This document shows positions 25,792 through 37,121 of a DNA stretch of 64,000 bases, piece after piece. The position numbers and the translations under genes were made by a program. This DNA comes from Macrostomum lignano (Eukaryota), in contig NIVC01000858.1 in assembly GCA_002269645.1 (NCBI GenBank), forward strand, positions 124,001 through 188,000, given 5' to 3'. Numbering within the stretch: the stretch's first letter is position 1; the number at the start of each line of letters is the position of its first letter. The notes under the pieces are model-generated. The model was not told the DNA's origin, did no database searches, and saw only the letters and a list, made by a program, of their open reading frames with translations.

Positions 25792-28700
25792 ATGCCGTCC
25801 ACCGCTCGCATCTCGAAGCTGCTGGTGGCGAACCGCGGCGAGATCGCCTGCCGGGTGATCCGCACCGCCCAGCGCCTGGGCATCGAGACCGTCTCCGTCT
25901 ACAGCGACGCGGACCGGAACGCCCTGCACGTCCGCCTGGCCAGCGAGGCCTTCCGCATCGGCCCCGCGCCCGCCAGCCAGAGCTACCTGCGGGCCGACCG
26001 CCTCATCGACGTGGCCAAGCGGTCCGGCGCCCAGGCCATCCACCCCGGCTACGGCTTCCTGTCCGAGAACACCGAGTTTGCCGAGCTCTGCGCCAGCAGC
26101 GGCGTCACCTTCATCGGGCCGCCAGCCAACGCCATCCGCGACATGGGCATTAAGAACACCTCCAAGGAGATCATGGAGCGCGCCGGCGTGCCGGTCATCG
26201 CCGGTTACCATGGCAACAACCAGGAGCCGCAGTTTTTGCTGGAACAGGCTAGGAAGATCGGCTTCCCGGTCATGATCAAGGTGCGGCCGGCTCAGATCCC
26301 CAGATCCCATAATCCCGCCCGAATCCTGTCCTGCCTCCCTTGACTTGCTTGACTCAGCTGCAGGGGGTTCCGGGCGTCCGCTAACCCCCTGGCGACCACG
26401 GGCAGCTGGGCTGCGGTGTCGCGCAGGGAAATCGGGAGGTGCCGGGGTCCGCAGCGCGGTCCCCCGGCCTCCGGAGAGTCCAGGAGGTGGATGGTCGCTC
26501 GTAGCCCTTGGGTAGCGGACGAGCTGACAGAAATTCTCGGGCATGAAACCGTCGGAAAGGTCCGGGTTTGGACCGAGGTAGGTGAGCCTGTCCTGAGTAA
26601 AGGCGGGGAATTCACAGCTGAAGTGCTCCGCATTCTCGACACTGGAAAGGCAGAATGGGCATTCCTCACTACGAATTTTTCCCTGGAGGTAGCCATGCTT
26701 AGCGAAGTGAGCCAGTGAAACTGGCTCTGCGAGAGGGCCATGGTGACCTCGCCCTCATCTATTCTTGGGTCTCAGATCACCAGAATCTCCGCCCTCATCC
26801 ATTCTTGGGTCTCAGATCCTCAGATCCCCAGAATCCCCGCCCTCATCCATTCTTGGGTCTCAGATCCTCAGATCCTCAGAATCCCCACCCGCTGCCCCCC
26901 CCCACTCCCAGGCGATCCGCGGCGGCGGCGGCAAGGGGATGCGCATCGCCCGCTCCGAGGCGGAGTTCCGCACCCAGCTGGACAGCGCCCGCCGGGAGGC
27001 GTTGAAATCCTTTGGCAACGACGACGTGCTGCTGGAGCAGTGCATCGAGCAGCCTCGCCACGTGGAGGTGCAGGTGTTCGGCGACCAGTACGGCAACTAC
27101 CTGTACTTCTTCGAGCGCGACTGCAGCGTCCAGCGGCGTCACCAGAAGGTTATCGAGGAAGCGCCGGCTCCGGGCATCTCGCCGGAGACCCGCGTCCAGC
27201 TGGGCGAGGCTGCCTGCCGGGCCGCTGCGGCCGTCGGCTACGTCGGCGCCGGCACGGTGGAGTTCATCATGGACGCCAAGGAGAAGTTCTTCTTCATGGA
27301 GATGAACACCCGCCTGCAGGTGGAGCACCCCGTTTCCGAGATGGTCACCGGCGTCGACTTGGTGGAGCTGCAGATCCGCGTGGCCGAAGGACAGCCGCTG
27401 CCCATGCGTCAGGACCAGGTGGGCCGCTGGGGTAGCAACGGGGTAGCAACAGCTTGACTCAGCCGGTAGCTCAGTCATTAGCTTTGTCTGTAGGTGTGTC
27501 TATAGCTGTCTATAGCTGTCTATAGCTGTCTGGAGCTGTCTGTAGCTCTGGCTGTTGTCCAGTGTGTAGCTGTGACTGGAGCTGTCTGTAGCTGTGTCTG
27601 GAGCTGTCTTTAGCTGTGTCTGTAGCTGTGTCTGGAGCTGTCTGTAGCGGTGACTGTAGCCCGTCGGTAGTTCAGCCGGCAGTTCACTCCGAACCCTCTC
27701 GACGCCCGCAGGTCCGCCTGAGCGGGCACGCATTCGAGGCCCGCATCTACGCCGAGGACACCCCGGCCGGCTTCCTGCCCACCGCCGGCCGCGTCAGCCA
27801 CCTCTGCGCCCCGGCTGCCGAGGCTGGCGCCGTCCGCGTCGACAGCGGCGTCCGCTCTGGCGACGACATCGGCGTGTTCTACGACCCGATGATCGCCAAG
27901 CTGATCGTCTGGGGCCCCGACAGGCCGGCCGCCCTGCAGCGCCTCTGCGCCGCCCTGCGCGACTACCAGATCTGCGGCCCGCCCACCAACCGGGACTTCC
28001 TGATGGCCCTGGCCGGCCACCCCGAGTTCGCGGCCGGCCGGGTGCACACCGGCTTCATCGAGCAGCACCGGGGCCGCCTGCTGGCTTCGCCGCCGCCCGG
28101 CCCACGCGAGCTGGCGCTGGCCGCCCTCGGCCTCTTCCTGCTGCGTCGGCAGGCGGCCCGCCAGGCCACCGTCGGGCTGGCCGACTTCCGGCTGAACCAC
28201 GCGCACAGGGAGGCGGTGCACTTCCGGCTGGGCGATGGCCCGGGCTCCAAGGATGCCCACCTGGTTGTTGAGGCCTCGCCTGACGGCCTCCTGACTGTCC
28301 ACGGCGGCGGCGAGGCCGAGGCACTGCGGGCCCGCGCCCGCCTCCTGCCGCCGGACGAGCGGGGCCGGCGCCGGGTTGTCATCGAAGAGGCGCAGGCGGC
28401 GCAGGCGGACAGCGGGAGCCGCCTTTCCGGCTTCGACTTGTTCCTGGAGGCAGACGGCTCTGCGCTGAGCCTCTTCTTAGGCGACCGGCAGCACCTGCTG
28501 CAGGTGCGGGCGGGCTGCGCCTCAGTTCCACTGATTTGTTTATTTTGTTTTCCCGCTGCAAAATATGCTTCTCGTCTACTTTAAGTAGGCTAAAATATTG
28601 CGCAACAAAGTCTTGTTGGCTTGAGCACTTGGTTGGATGGAGCCCAAACTTTGGCTAAAAATTGATTATTAGATTTACGGGTCTGGATGACTTAAAATGC

Positions 28701-29879
28701 TGAGAAATGCAATCTGAGTTCATTCTATCGGATCCTGGTGACTAAAGTGCATAAAATTGGGATTTTTTTGAAACTGTAGAATTGAGCTCGAGCTTGGGCA
28801 CTTTAAATGAAGTGAAAAGGCTGCATTGTAGCCAAAATGGCATGGCTTTTTCTGTTACCTGTTGGCGTACTAGTCAATTGTATCTGGGATTGGGCAGCTG
28901 AGTGGGCACTGAGTGGGCACCCCTATCTCTGAGTGGGCGCCCCTGTCTCTGAGTGGGCACCCCTGTCTCTGAGTGGGCACCCCTGTCTCTGAGTGGGCGC
29001 CCCTGTCTCTGAGTGGGCGCCCCTGTCTCTGAGTGGGCACCCCTGTCTCTGAGTGGGCACCCCTGTCTCTGAGTGGGCACCCCTGTCTCTGAGTGGGCAC
29101 CCCTGTCTCTGAGTGGGCACCCCTGTCTCTGAGTGGGCACCCCTGTCTCTGAGTGGGCACCCCTGTCTCTGAGTGGGCACCCCTGTCTCTGAGTGGGCAC
29201 CCCTGTCTCTGAGTGGGCGCCCCTGTCTCTGAGTGGGCACCCCTGTCTCTGAGTGGGCACCCCTGTCTCTGAGTGGGCACCCCTGTCTCTGAGTGGGCAC
29301 CCCTGTCTCTGAGTGGGCACCCCTGTCTCTGAGTGGGCGCCCCTGTCTCTGAGTGGGCGCCCCTATCCCTGAGTGGGCGCCCCTATCTCTGAGTGGGCGC
29401 CCCTGTCTCTGAGTGGGCGCCCCTATCTCTGAGTGGGCGCCCCTATCTCTGAGTGGGCGCCCCTATCCCTGAGTGGGCGCCCCTATCTCTGAGTGGGCGC
29501 CCCTATCTCCGGGTAGGCAAGCAGATGCCGTGTCCAAGTTCACTTTGAGTGCCTGCTAGAAAAAAAAAAAAAAAATTTTTTGTCAATTTTTTCGCCATCC
29601 CAGGTGGCGCCGCCCAAATGGCGCAGCGCAGTCTCGGACGCCGCCGCCGGCTCGGGGTCCGGGGTTCGCGCCCCGATGCCGGGCGTCATCGAGAAGGTGC
29701 TGGTGTCGCCAGGACAGGCGGTGAAGGAGGGCGAGCCGCTGGTCACGCTGATTGCCATGAAGATGGAGTACGTGGTGAAGGCGCCGCAGGCGGGCTCCGT
29801 GGCCAAAGTGCTGTTCGCCGAGGGCCAGACGGTGGCCAAGAACGCGGAGCTGGTGCAGTTCGAGGCGGCCAGCAGCTGA
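25792..29879 (+). CDS. MCCC1: Methylcrotonoyl-CoA carboxylase alpha (biotin-containing) subunit; exons 25792-26280, 26912-27418, 27712-28503, 29604-29879; N-terminus uncertain
   Basis: [88 protein letters not shown] and the biotin-site AMKM. Three phase-0 GT-AG introns. Confidence 0.93.
28905..29510. repeat. 20-bp minisatellite (GAGTGGGCACCCCTGTCTCT), about 30 copies
   Basis: Direct reading; lies in the last MCCC1 intron. Confidence 0.96.
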
Positions 29880-30635
29880 TGCTGCTGTAGGCGAATTTCT
29901 CCACTTAATAATGTGAACCACCTATTTTAGTGCGTAGCTACTAATATTTTCCAGTGTACCGCGTTCATTGCGCAGCACTAATTGCCAGGTTATTGCAGAC
30001 AGATTAAGCTAATGCATGTGCAAGATTCCATTGCTGTTCAACACCCTTTCCAGCTGTCATGAATAAATAAATGTGTAGCAAGCTCGAGTAAGTAGTATGT
30101 ATAGTACGAGTATGAGTAGCTCGCAGACTTATTTCAAATTAAAATTTTCTTTGTATTTTGATCTTTTCTTGCGTATTTTATTCACAAAATGGGGTACTTA
30201 AAGGCTGCTTTTGATAGTGGCTCTTGGAAGCGCATTTTCTAGGAAAATCTTGCCGTTTTAGAGACAGTTTCGCTTCTTACTACTTTTTTACTACTTACTC
30301 GCATGCAAAGATTTTGGCTGGCCAAGTATGGTAAAAGAGAATCCAAATTGGCTGAATTTCGAAACTGTTTGGCTCTGATTGTCATCGTCTGGCAGGGGCA
30401 CAAAGGTTTAGAGGTTGCGTGAACTGGCATGGCACGGTACGGCATTGGGCTATTGCAAGCCTACTTTTGCGTATTTTCTATACATATCGGCAATTAGTAT
30501 TTATGCTAACCAGACGTTTGTGTGCCAATGCTAAAACTGAAGTTTCTGGTATGGTGAAATTAAAAAGGAAGTAAAGCATTTTTATAATTAAATGTAAAAG
30601 TTTAGGCCAACTTAATAAAGCAAAAATTATTCAAG

Positions 30636-30708
30636 CGACCACGCCAGGACTCGAACCTGGAATCTTCTGATCCGTAGTCAGACGCGTTATCCATTGCGCC
30701 ACGCGGCC
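30636..30708 (-). tRNA. tRNA-Arg (anticodon ACG)
   Basis: Reverse complement GGCCGCGTGGCGCAATGGATAACGCGTCTGACTACGGATCAGAAGATTCCAGGTTCGAGTCCTGGCGTGGTCG folds as a 73-nt cloverleaf with A and B boxes; oligo-T terminator about 10 nt downstream. Confidence 0.97.
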
Positions 30709-31328
30709 CTCAATCGAAGCAGTCGCGGAGCTACTATTTATAGTTGTATTCTCTGCTAAATTTTTAAGATGCTAGCTAGCCAACCTTTGCCAGCTAGACA
30801 TTTACAATCTAGATGTTTACAAGCTTAAGCTTTAAGCGCATACTTTGAACTTGAACATAGTCCGCTCGGTAGTATGACATGAACAGGCCTATTATGTGTT
30901 AAGTGTACTTGATGTGTGTGTTTATGCGCTGCTGTGCCAGCCTTGCTACCATAGACAAAATCTTTATTACATTGACAATTATATCTTGGATTAAATTTAA
31001 TGCGCGTAGGCCCAAAGGGCTGCACAAAAAGCTAATCTAATCTAATTAACCTAATTTACTCTAACCAATTTGTCCATATTGGTTTGCTTTCGGTTTTTCT
31101 GTACTGTACTCCGTTTTTCGGTGACTTTCACCTTTTTCGCCCTGGCCAGCGCCGGCAAACAAACTGGGACAGCCACGGGGGAGAATAAAATCAAGTCGCA
31201 GATCGAAACGAAAAGTTAAATGGATTTTTGATATATTTTCAACAAATGAAAAAAGCTACAAGTACGCACATGCAGGCGCAGTCCTTTAGGAAACTCTGTC
31301 GTCATGCATAGCCAAAAGGCATTCATCA

Positions 31329-31994
31329 TCAAGGCAGCGCTCGCTTGACCTCGCCGTTCGAGCCGCCATAGCCGTAGCCCGGAGGCTGCTGGAAGCTCGA
31401 GTTCGGGACCGGCTGGTGCTCGTAGCCATTGTGCAAGAACACCTGCTGCTCACGAGGCACGATGCCGCCGTCTACAACATATGCAACCGTCTGCCGCTGC
31501 TGCTCCCGGTTCAGCTGGATGTCCGGCACGCAGCAGCACGAGGCCTTGCAGGCGAAGGCGCTGTGCACTACGGCGAGCAGGAACTCGGCGGCAAGTAGAA
31601 GGCAGCAGATGACACTCATCACGAAGTTCTCAGTGCTGCTGTACGAGCTGTGGACGCTGGAGCTCAGGGACAGAACGAAGGCGACCATGATGAGGGCAAT
31701 GGCGCTGAACACGGAGGCCAGGATGCTGAACACCAGGCAGGTGACCACGCAGCCCAGCGTGCAGCGCCGCTCGCTCTTGCCCGCCACCAGGCCGGAGATG
31801 CCCGCTCCGATGAAGAACGGCGCCGACCAGATGCCGCTGGCGGCGAAGACGGAGGTCATGTTCACTCCGGTGACCACAGCGGCGACGCTGAACACGATGG
31901 TGAGCACCCCGACGCTGAGCTGCAGGGAGCCGAGGATCACGTGAGCTGTGAGAACCCCGGCGGGGACCCGGCTGGCATAGGTTGGATTCTCCAT
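31329..31994 (-). CDS. Intronless four-transmembrane MS4A/CD20-like protein (221 aa)
   Basis: Four hydrophobic segments, LG..Q..VG in TM1, GIWS..FFI..GI motif, Cys-rich juxtamembrane segment (CKASCCC) and Gln/Pro/Tyr tail. TATAAA on the minus strand at about 32046-32051. Confidence 0.75.
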   Translation of the reverse strand: MENPTYASRVPAGVLTAHVILGSLQLSVGVLTIVFSVAAVVTGVNMTSVFAASGIWSAPFFIGAGISGLVAGKSERRCTLGCVVTCLVFSILASVFSAIALIMVAFVLSLSSSVHSSYSSTENFVMSVICCLLLAAEFLLAVVHSAFACKASCCCVPDIQLNREQQRQTVAYVVDGGIVPREQQVFLHNGYEHQPVPNSSFQQPPGYGYGGSNGEVKRALP

Positions 31995-32503
31995 TGGTGT
32001 CACCGCACTGAGACACTGCAGAGAAGCTGCTGCCGTGCGGGCCAGTTTATATCTGGTGGGTCGGGTGAGTAAATTTGGGGTGGGGCCGCTTCGCAAGTGC
32101 ACAGGCCGCCGTGGCCTCTGTGGTCCGCACGTTGCAATTTAAGCAGAGCTGCGCGCAAGGCTTGCGTCACCCATCAAGGCAGCCACTGTAGAGTCGGTTT
32201 GCTCAAGAACTGCTCAAGTAAATGCTTACAAGATATATTATTTCATTCAATAATAGTGCAGTGATAGTGATAGGGCATCAGCTTTGGGGGTGAAGGGGCT
32301 TACAGTTGGAAATCAGAGTGACTATCTTACCAAGAAGAAACTCATTTATTCAATAAATTCTGCCCACTGCCTAGTCACTGTTGTCCATATAAGGAGACAA
32401 TTGTAGGAATATCATTAATAAAAACAATAAGAAAATAGTGAATTGCCAAACAATACAAATAATAGTAATCATATTGTTTATAGGAGGGTTGTATATGCAC
32501 TCA

Positions 32504-32778
32504 ATCGGGTATCGGGTATTGAGTACCGGGTACCGGGTATTGGGTACCGGGTATTGGGTACCGGGTATTGGGTACCGGGTATCAGTAACCGGGTATCAGG
32601 TAACGGGTATCAGATAACGGGTATCAGGTAACGGGTATCAGGTAACGGTATCAGGTAACGGGTATCGTGTAACGGACATCATGCAACGGGCATCAGGTAA
32701 CGGACATCATGTAACGGGTATCATGTAACCGGTATCAGGTAACGGGTAATCAGGTAACGGTATCAGGTAACGGGTACT
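32504..32778. repeat. Degenerate 14-bp minisatellite (GGGTATCAGGTAAC / GGGTATTGGGTACC)
   Basis: Direct reading. Confidence 0.88.
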
Positions 32779-32954
32779 GGATGAATGTACCCGCACAGTC
32801 CCCCAAACCCATATTTTGCAGCCTCCTGCAGCACCTGCCTGTATATGTGCACTATAATCTTTAGTCAAATTTTTAAAGCTAGAAATGACACTGCACACTG
32901 GCGCGAAGTTAACACAAAAAAGCAGTCATTAATGTGCAATGGCCCAATTACATA

Positions 32955-34611
32955 CAGTCATGCACAAAAGTAAGTACACCCCAAGCAAAAATTGAGAAAA
33001 ACGGTTATAATTTCTGAACCGTCAGCTCTATTACGACAAAACTGCATCACAATGATCCTTATTGACTGGCGCTTATTTTGACACATCAAGCTTTGAAAAA
33101 CTCTTTGTGGCTAAGGAGCTGTGGCCAAAAATGCTCAAACACACCTGTGCAAAAGTAAGTACACCCTGCCCTTCACTACCAGTATAACCTCCTCTGTGCA
33201 AATGCGAGCCACCACAAGTACATTGCCAGCCGCCTCACTGCCTGTTACGTCACCAGCGACTTTAGTCCTGCTCGCCCCTGCCCTCAATCGGCTCAGCTAC
33301 TGGTTTTCATGCTACTATAAAGCTCATGTGCACTGCAGCCGCTTCGTCATTGACTTGATACACGCCAGGACAATGCCAAGAGGCCAGGAGCTGTCAGTTC
33401 AGTTAAGAAATCGCATTGTAGCAGCTCACGATAGTGGCGATGGCTACAAGCGGATATCTGCTGCCTTCAATGTGCATGTATCAACGGTTAGGCGCATCAT
33501 CGCAAAGTACAAACAGCACGGCACCACAGCATCTCTGCCTCGCAGTGGCCGGCCGAGCAAAATTTCAGCTCGCGCGCTGCGCAAACTCATGCAAGAGGTC
33601 AGCCAAAACCCGAATGCAACATCAGGCGAGCTGCAGCAGATGCTGAATGCAGCTGGCTTATTGCCGCACAGGACTACTGTTCGCCAAGCCCTGAACCGCG
33701 CGGGCCTCCGCAGCTGCATTCCAAGAAAAAAGCCTCTGCTGCAGCAGCGACATCGCGATGCCAGGCTGCAGTTCGCTAATGCGATGCTGAGCAAGCCAGA
33801 CAGCTACTGGCAGTCAGTGCTTTGGACTGATGAAACCAAGATTGAGCTGTTCGGCAGGAATGAGAAGCAGCGCGTGTGGCGCAAGCCGAACACTGCATTT
33901 GAGCAGAAACACCTGAAGCCGACAGTCAAGCACGGAGGCGGCAGCATCATGCTGTGGGGCTGCTTTGCAGCTGCTGGCACCGGCAGGCTGATGCACATCA
34001 CCGAGAAGATGAATTCGGCCGTGTATCTGCAGATCCTTGACGAAAACCTGCAGTCATCAGTGCATGACCTCGGTCTTGGACGAGCTTGGACACTGCAGCA
34101 GGACAATGACCCCAAGCACACGAGTGCTGCAACTCGGCGATGGCTGCAGCAGAGGCGCATCAAGGTTATGGAGTGGCCAAGCCAGAGCCCTGACCTGAAC
34201 CCGATCGAGATGCTGTGGACGGATCTCAAGAAGATGGTTCACGCGAGGAAGCCGAAGAATCTGCGGGAATTGGCCGAATTCTGCATCGAGGAGTGGCGGA
34301 AAGTGCCCGCTGAGAGGTGCGCTGCCCTGGTGAATGGCTACCGCAAGCGGCTCTTGGCTGTGGTGGCTGCACGAGGCGGAGCTACAAAGTATTAAGACAG
34401 GGTGTACTTACTTTTGCACATGTGTGTTTGAGCATTTTTGGCCACAGCTCCTTAGCCACAAAGAGTTTTTCAAAGCTTGATGTGTCAAAATAAGCGCCAG
34501 TCAATAAGGATCATTGTGATGCAGTTTTGTTGTAATAGAGCTGACGATTCAGAAATTATAACCGTTTTTCTCAATTTTTGCTTGGGGTGTACTTACTTTT
34601 GTGCATGACTG
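32955..34611 (+). mobile_element. Full-length Tc1-family DNA transposon, IR/DR type (1657 bp)
   Basis: 214-bp TIRs (32955-33168, 34398-34611) with about 3 mismatches, each carrying an inner and outer CAAAAGTAAGTACACC direct repeat; TA duplication at 32953-54 and 34612-13. Confidence 0.97.
33373..34395 (+). CDS. Tc1 transposase, DD34E (340 aa)
   Basis: MPRGQELS start, GRPS linker, WTDETK, QQDNDPKH, SPDLNPIE with 34 residues between the second D and E; no stops or frameshifts. Confidence 0.97.
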   Translation: MPRGQELSVQLRNRIVAAHDSGDGYKRISAAFNVHVSTVRRIIAKYKQHGTTASLPRSGRPSKISARALRKLMQEVSQNPNATSGELQQMLNAAGLLPHRTTVRQALNRAGLRSCIPRKKPLLQQRHRDARLQFANAMLSKPDSYWQSVLWTDETKIELFGRNEKQRVWRKPNTAFEQKHLKPTVKHGGGSIMLWGCFAAAGTGRLMHITEKMNSAVYLQILDENLQSSVHDLGLGRAWTLQQDNDPKHTSAATRRWLQQRRIKVMEWPSQSPDLNPIEMLWTDLKKMVHARKPKNLRELAEFCIEEWRKVPAERCAALVNGYRKRLLAVVAARGGATKY

Positions 34612-34641
34612 TAGGTGGCGTGAATGAGCCTCACTTTATAA

Positions 34642-34942
34642 CAGGGGTTGGCGAAATTTTTTACCTTAAGGGGCAGATAGAGATCGTGATTGCGGGCCAT
34701 GGAGGTAGCGGAATTGGCGACCCTCGCCTCCCCGCTGTGTCTGCCGACCACCCTGCAGAAGATGGGAGAAAGGAGAGTGAATAGAGAACAGAGAAAAAGA
34801 GGAGAGAAGGGAGAGGAGAGGAGATTAGAGAGAAGAGAGATGAGAAGAGACCTAAAACCTTGAGTGGGCCGGATTGCTTTTGTGAAGATTCAAAGGACCC
34901 GAGGGCCGCGTGTCGCCCACAGGCCGGAGTGTGTCGTCCCTA
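34642..34942. mobile_element. Degenerate hAT (Charlie-like) non-autonomous element
   Basis: Starts CAGGGGTTGGCGAA; ends GAGGGCCGCGTGTCGCCCACAGGCCGGAGTGTGTCGTCCCTA; flanks CTTTATAA / CTTCATGA match 6 of 8; internal GA-rich tract. Confidence 0.5.
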
Positions 34943-35225
34943 CTTCATGACAATGTACTTTAATGTACTTTATAACCATGACATCCGCACCAACGACAGC
35001 AACAAAGGCTTTGAAACTTTTCTATATTGGAATAAACTTCGGTCAGCAAACAGCCCAGACGAATTGGGATGGAAGCTCTGGACACAATAGTGAAAATTTA
35101 GCTTTCTGCGAGCGTATCATGCATGCAGCCGCTCAAAGCTGCCATCAGTTTAAAATTCAGCCTTCAAAATATGTACAACTTTTGCTAAAGCAGAGTCCTC
35201 TTTCTTAAGTAGTCCTTGTGGCGGG

Positions 35226-35453
35226 GCAGGGTGAGATGCGGGCAGGTGAGGTAGGGTGAGATGCGGGCAGGTGGGGTAGGGTGAGATGCGGGCAGGTGAG
35301 GTAGGGTAAGATGCGGACAGATTGGGTAGGGTGAGATGCGGGCAGGTGGGGTAGGGTGAGATGCGGGCAGGTGGGGTAGGGTGAGATGCGGGCAGGTGGG
35401 TAGGGTGAGATGCGGGCAGGTGGGGTAGGGTGAGATGCTTGCAGGTGGGGTAG
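35226..35453. repeat. 25-bp G-rich minisatellite (GTGGGGTAGGGTGAGATGCGGGCAG), about 9 copies
   Basis: Direct reading. Confidence 0.93.
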
Positions 35454-37121
35454 GAGTGCTTTAAGAGGGAAGACAAGATTCGGAGAGAGGTTTGGTTAGA
35501 TGGGTGAGAGCGGGAGAGGTAGAGAAACGGGGCGGGTAGTCCTACTTAAAGTAGCATCATTTAATTAATGGGCTATTTTTGTACAACTAATACATTTCAT
35601 TAGGTAACAGCTGCTTCCCGAAAGCCGTAAAATTAACTGAGTCAATATGAATCAGCGTAGGCCATGCCGGCCCTTTGTTAGAAAGGCCTTGGTAAAAAGA
35701 AATAGGACAATTAAAATGGGTTGTTTTTAAATTAGGTGCCAAATGGGATACAAAGTTTCGAGCTCGTAATGACAAAACCCGGAACAACAGCTTTGGAAGT
35801 GTCTGTCTTGAAACAGTCTCGGAGTGCAAGGGCTATCGGTGGGTTTCAGGTTCAAAATCAGTTTTAAGATGAGTCTGAACCAACTGCGCATTGATTTGAG
35901 GAATGTGAACCGGACTTCCGGACCGCCGCCATCAAATGAAGACAATTTTGAATGATCAAAAGGCTCGTAAGCATTGCGCTATCAAACGTCGTGCGTGATT
36001 GGGTGATTAATTTAATACATTAGACATTTTCGTGGCTGTGCAATGGACTGTATTAGCACTTCAGTTCCAGGCTTCACACGCCCATCAGTCCCGCAGTGCT
36101 GTATTTGCCAACGGTGTCCCCTGGCTGTGTTCGAATCACTGACAAGGCCGATGCCAGATGACAGCGGAGCGGCTGGGCCGACTGTCCGCCTCAACTGCTT
36201 GATTGATTGGCCACCCGGGTGTTTTTCAAGCCACTCTGCGCGCGACATTCGCAAGCAGATTTACTGAAGGAAAACAAAGCAGCGCTTCCAGGCCGCCCCC
36301 CCCCCCTGTAATCGCGCCCACTTCAGCCTCTTACGGGCCAAACTTTCTCCAGCCACCAGCGGGCACAGGTGAATCTCATTTTTCTATCCAAGTCTTTCTT
36401 TCGCCCTCAATATCCCAGGCAGACCCACGCACACGCATAGCCATTGCACCCGCATAACCATGCCGCTTCTGTCCCTACCAAGCATTCTTCTTTGTTTAAA
36501 CAGACTTGGGTCTGCGGGCTGCAATCGAACCGCGCTGCAACTTCAGAATGCGTCAGGATGTGCGCTCAGTGTCCGCGGCGTCCCTGCCAATGGCCCCCTC
36601 ACTTCGAAGCCTTGGTGATGCACACACGGCACCCAGCTTCCCTCCATGCGCAACGAATCGGCGAATGCAACACCCCGAGTGCGCTGTTGGCCCATCCGTA
36701 GCTCTCCTGTGCAGGTAAATTCTTGACGCACCCGGTCTTTGCTTGCTGTTTTACAGATGGTGGGCAGAAATGACCTGGCCAGGCCGAGGAACAGCGCTGC
36801 GCAACGGTCCCGGAAGGTACGCGGCCGACTGAGGGGGAAAGAGAGCGCACGCTGCAGCAATAGAGGTGCGCCGCCATTTCGACCCGTTGGGGTTTCAAGT
36901 TTCTTATGCGAGCCCGGGAAAGGCAGGCCAGTGTACGATCGGCGGGTGTTTCATCTTCGCCCTTCAACCATCCTCTCTCCGATTTGAGGCGAGCGCCAAT
37001 GGCATCCAGCCGGTTCCATTAGATAGGCAGAAAACTGGCCTGGTCTCTCTGCATCTCAGTGTATCTTGGCAGGCGTACTGGCAGCGCAATAAATGCTCGC
37101 CCCTGAAGCCGCCTGCAGCAG

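Noticed and set aside
25747-35556. Near-palindrome CTACTTAAAGTAG(CA) at 25747, 28576 (reverse) and 35542
   Set aside because: 13-15-mer matches in AT-rich sequence are not far from chance in 64 kb; genome-wide enrichment would be needed.
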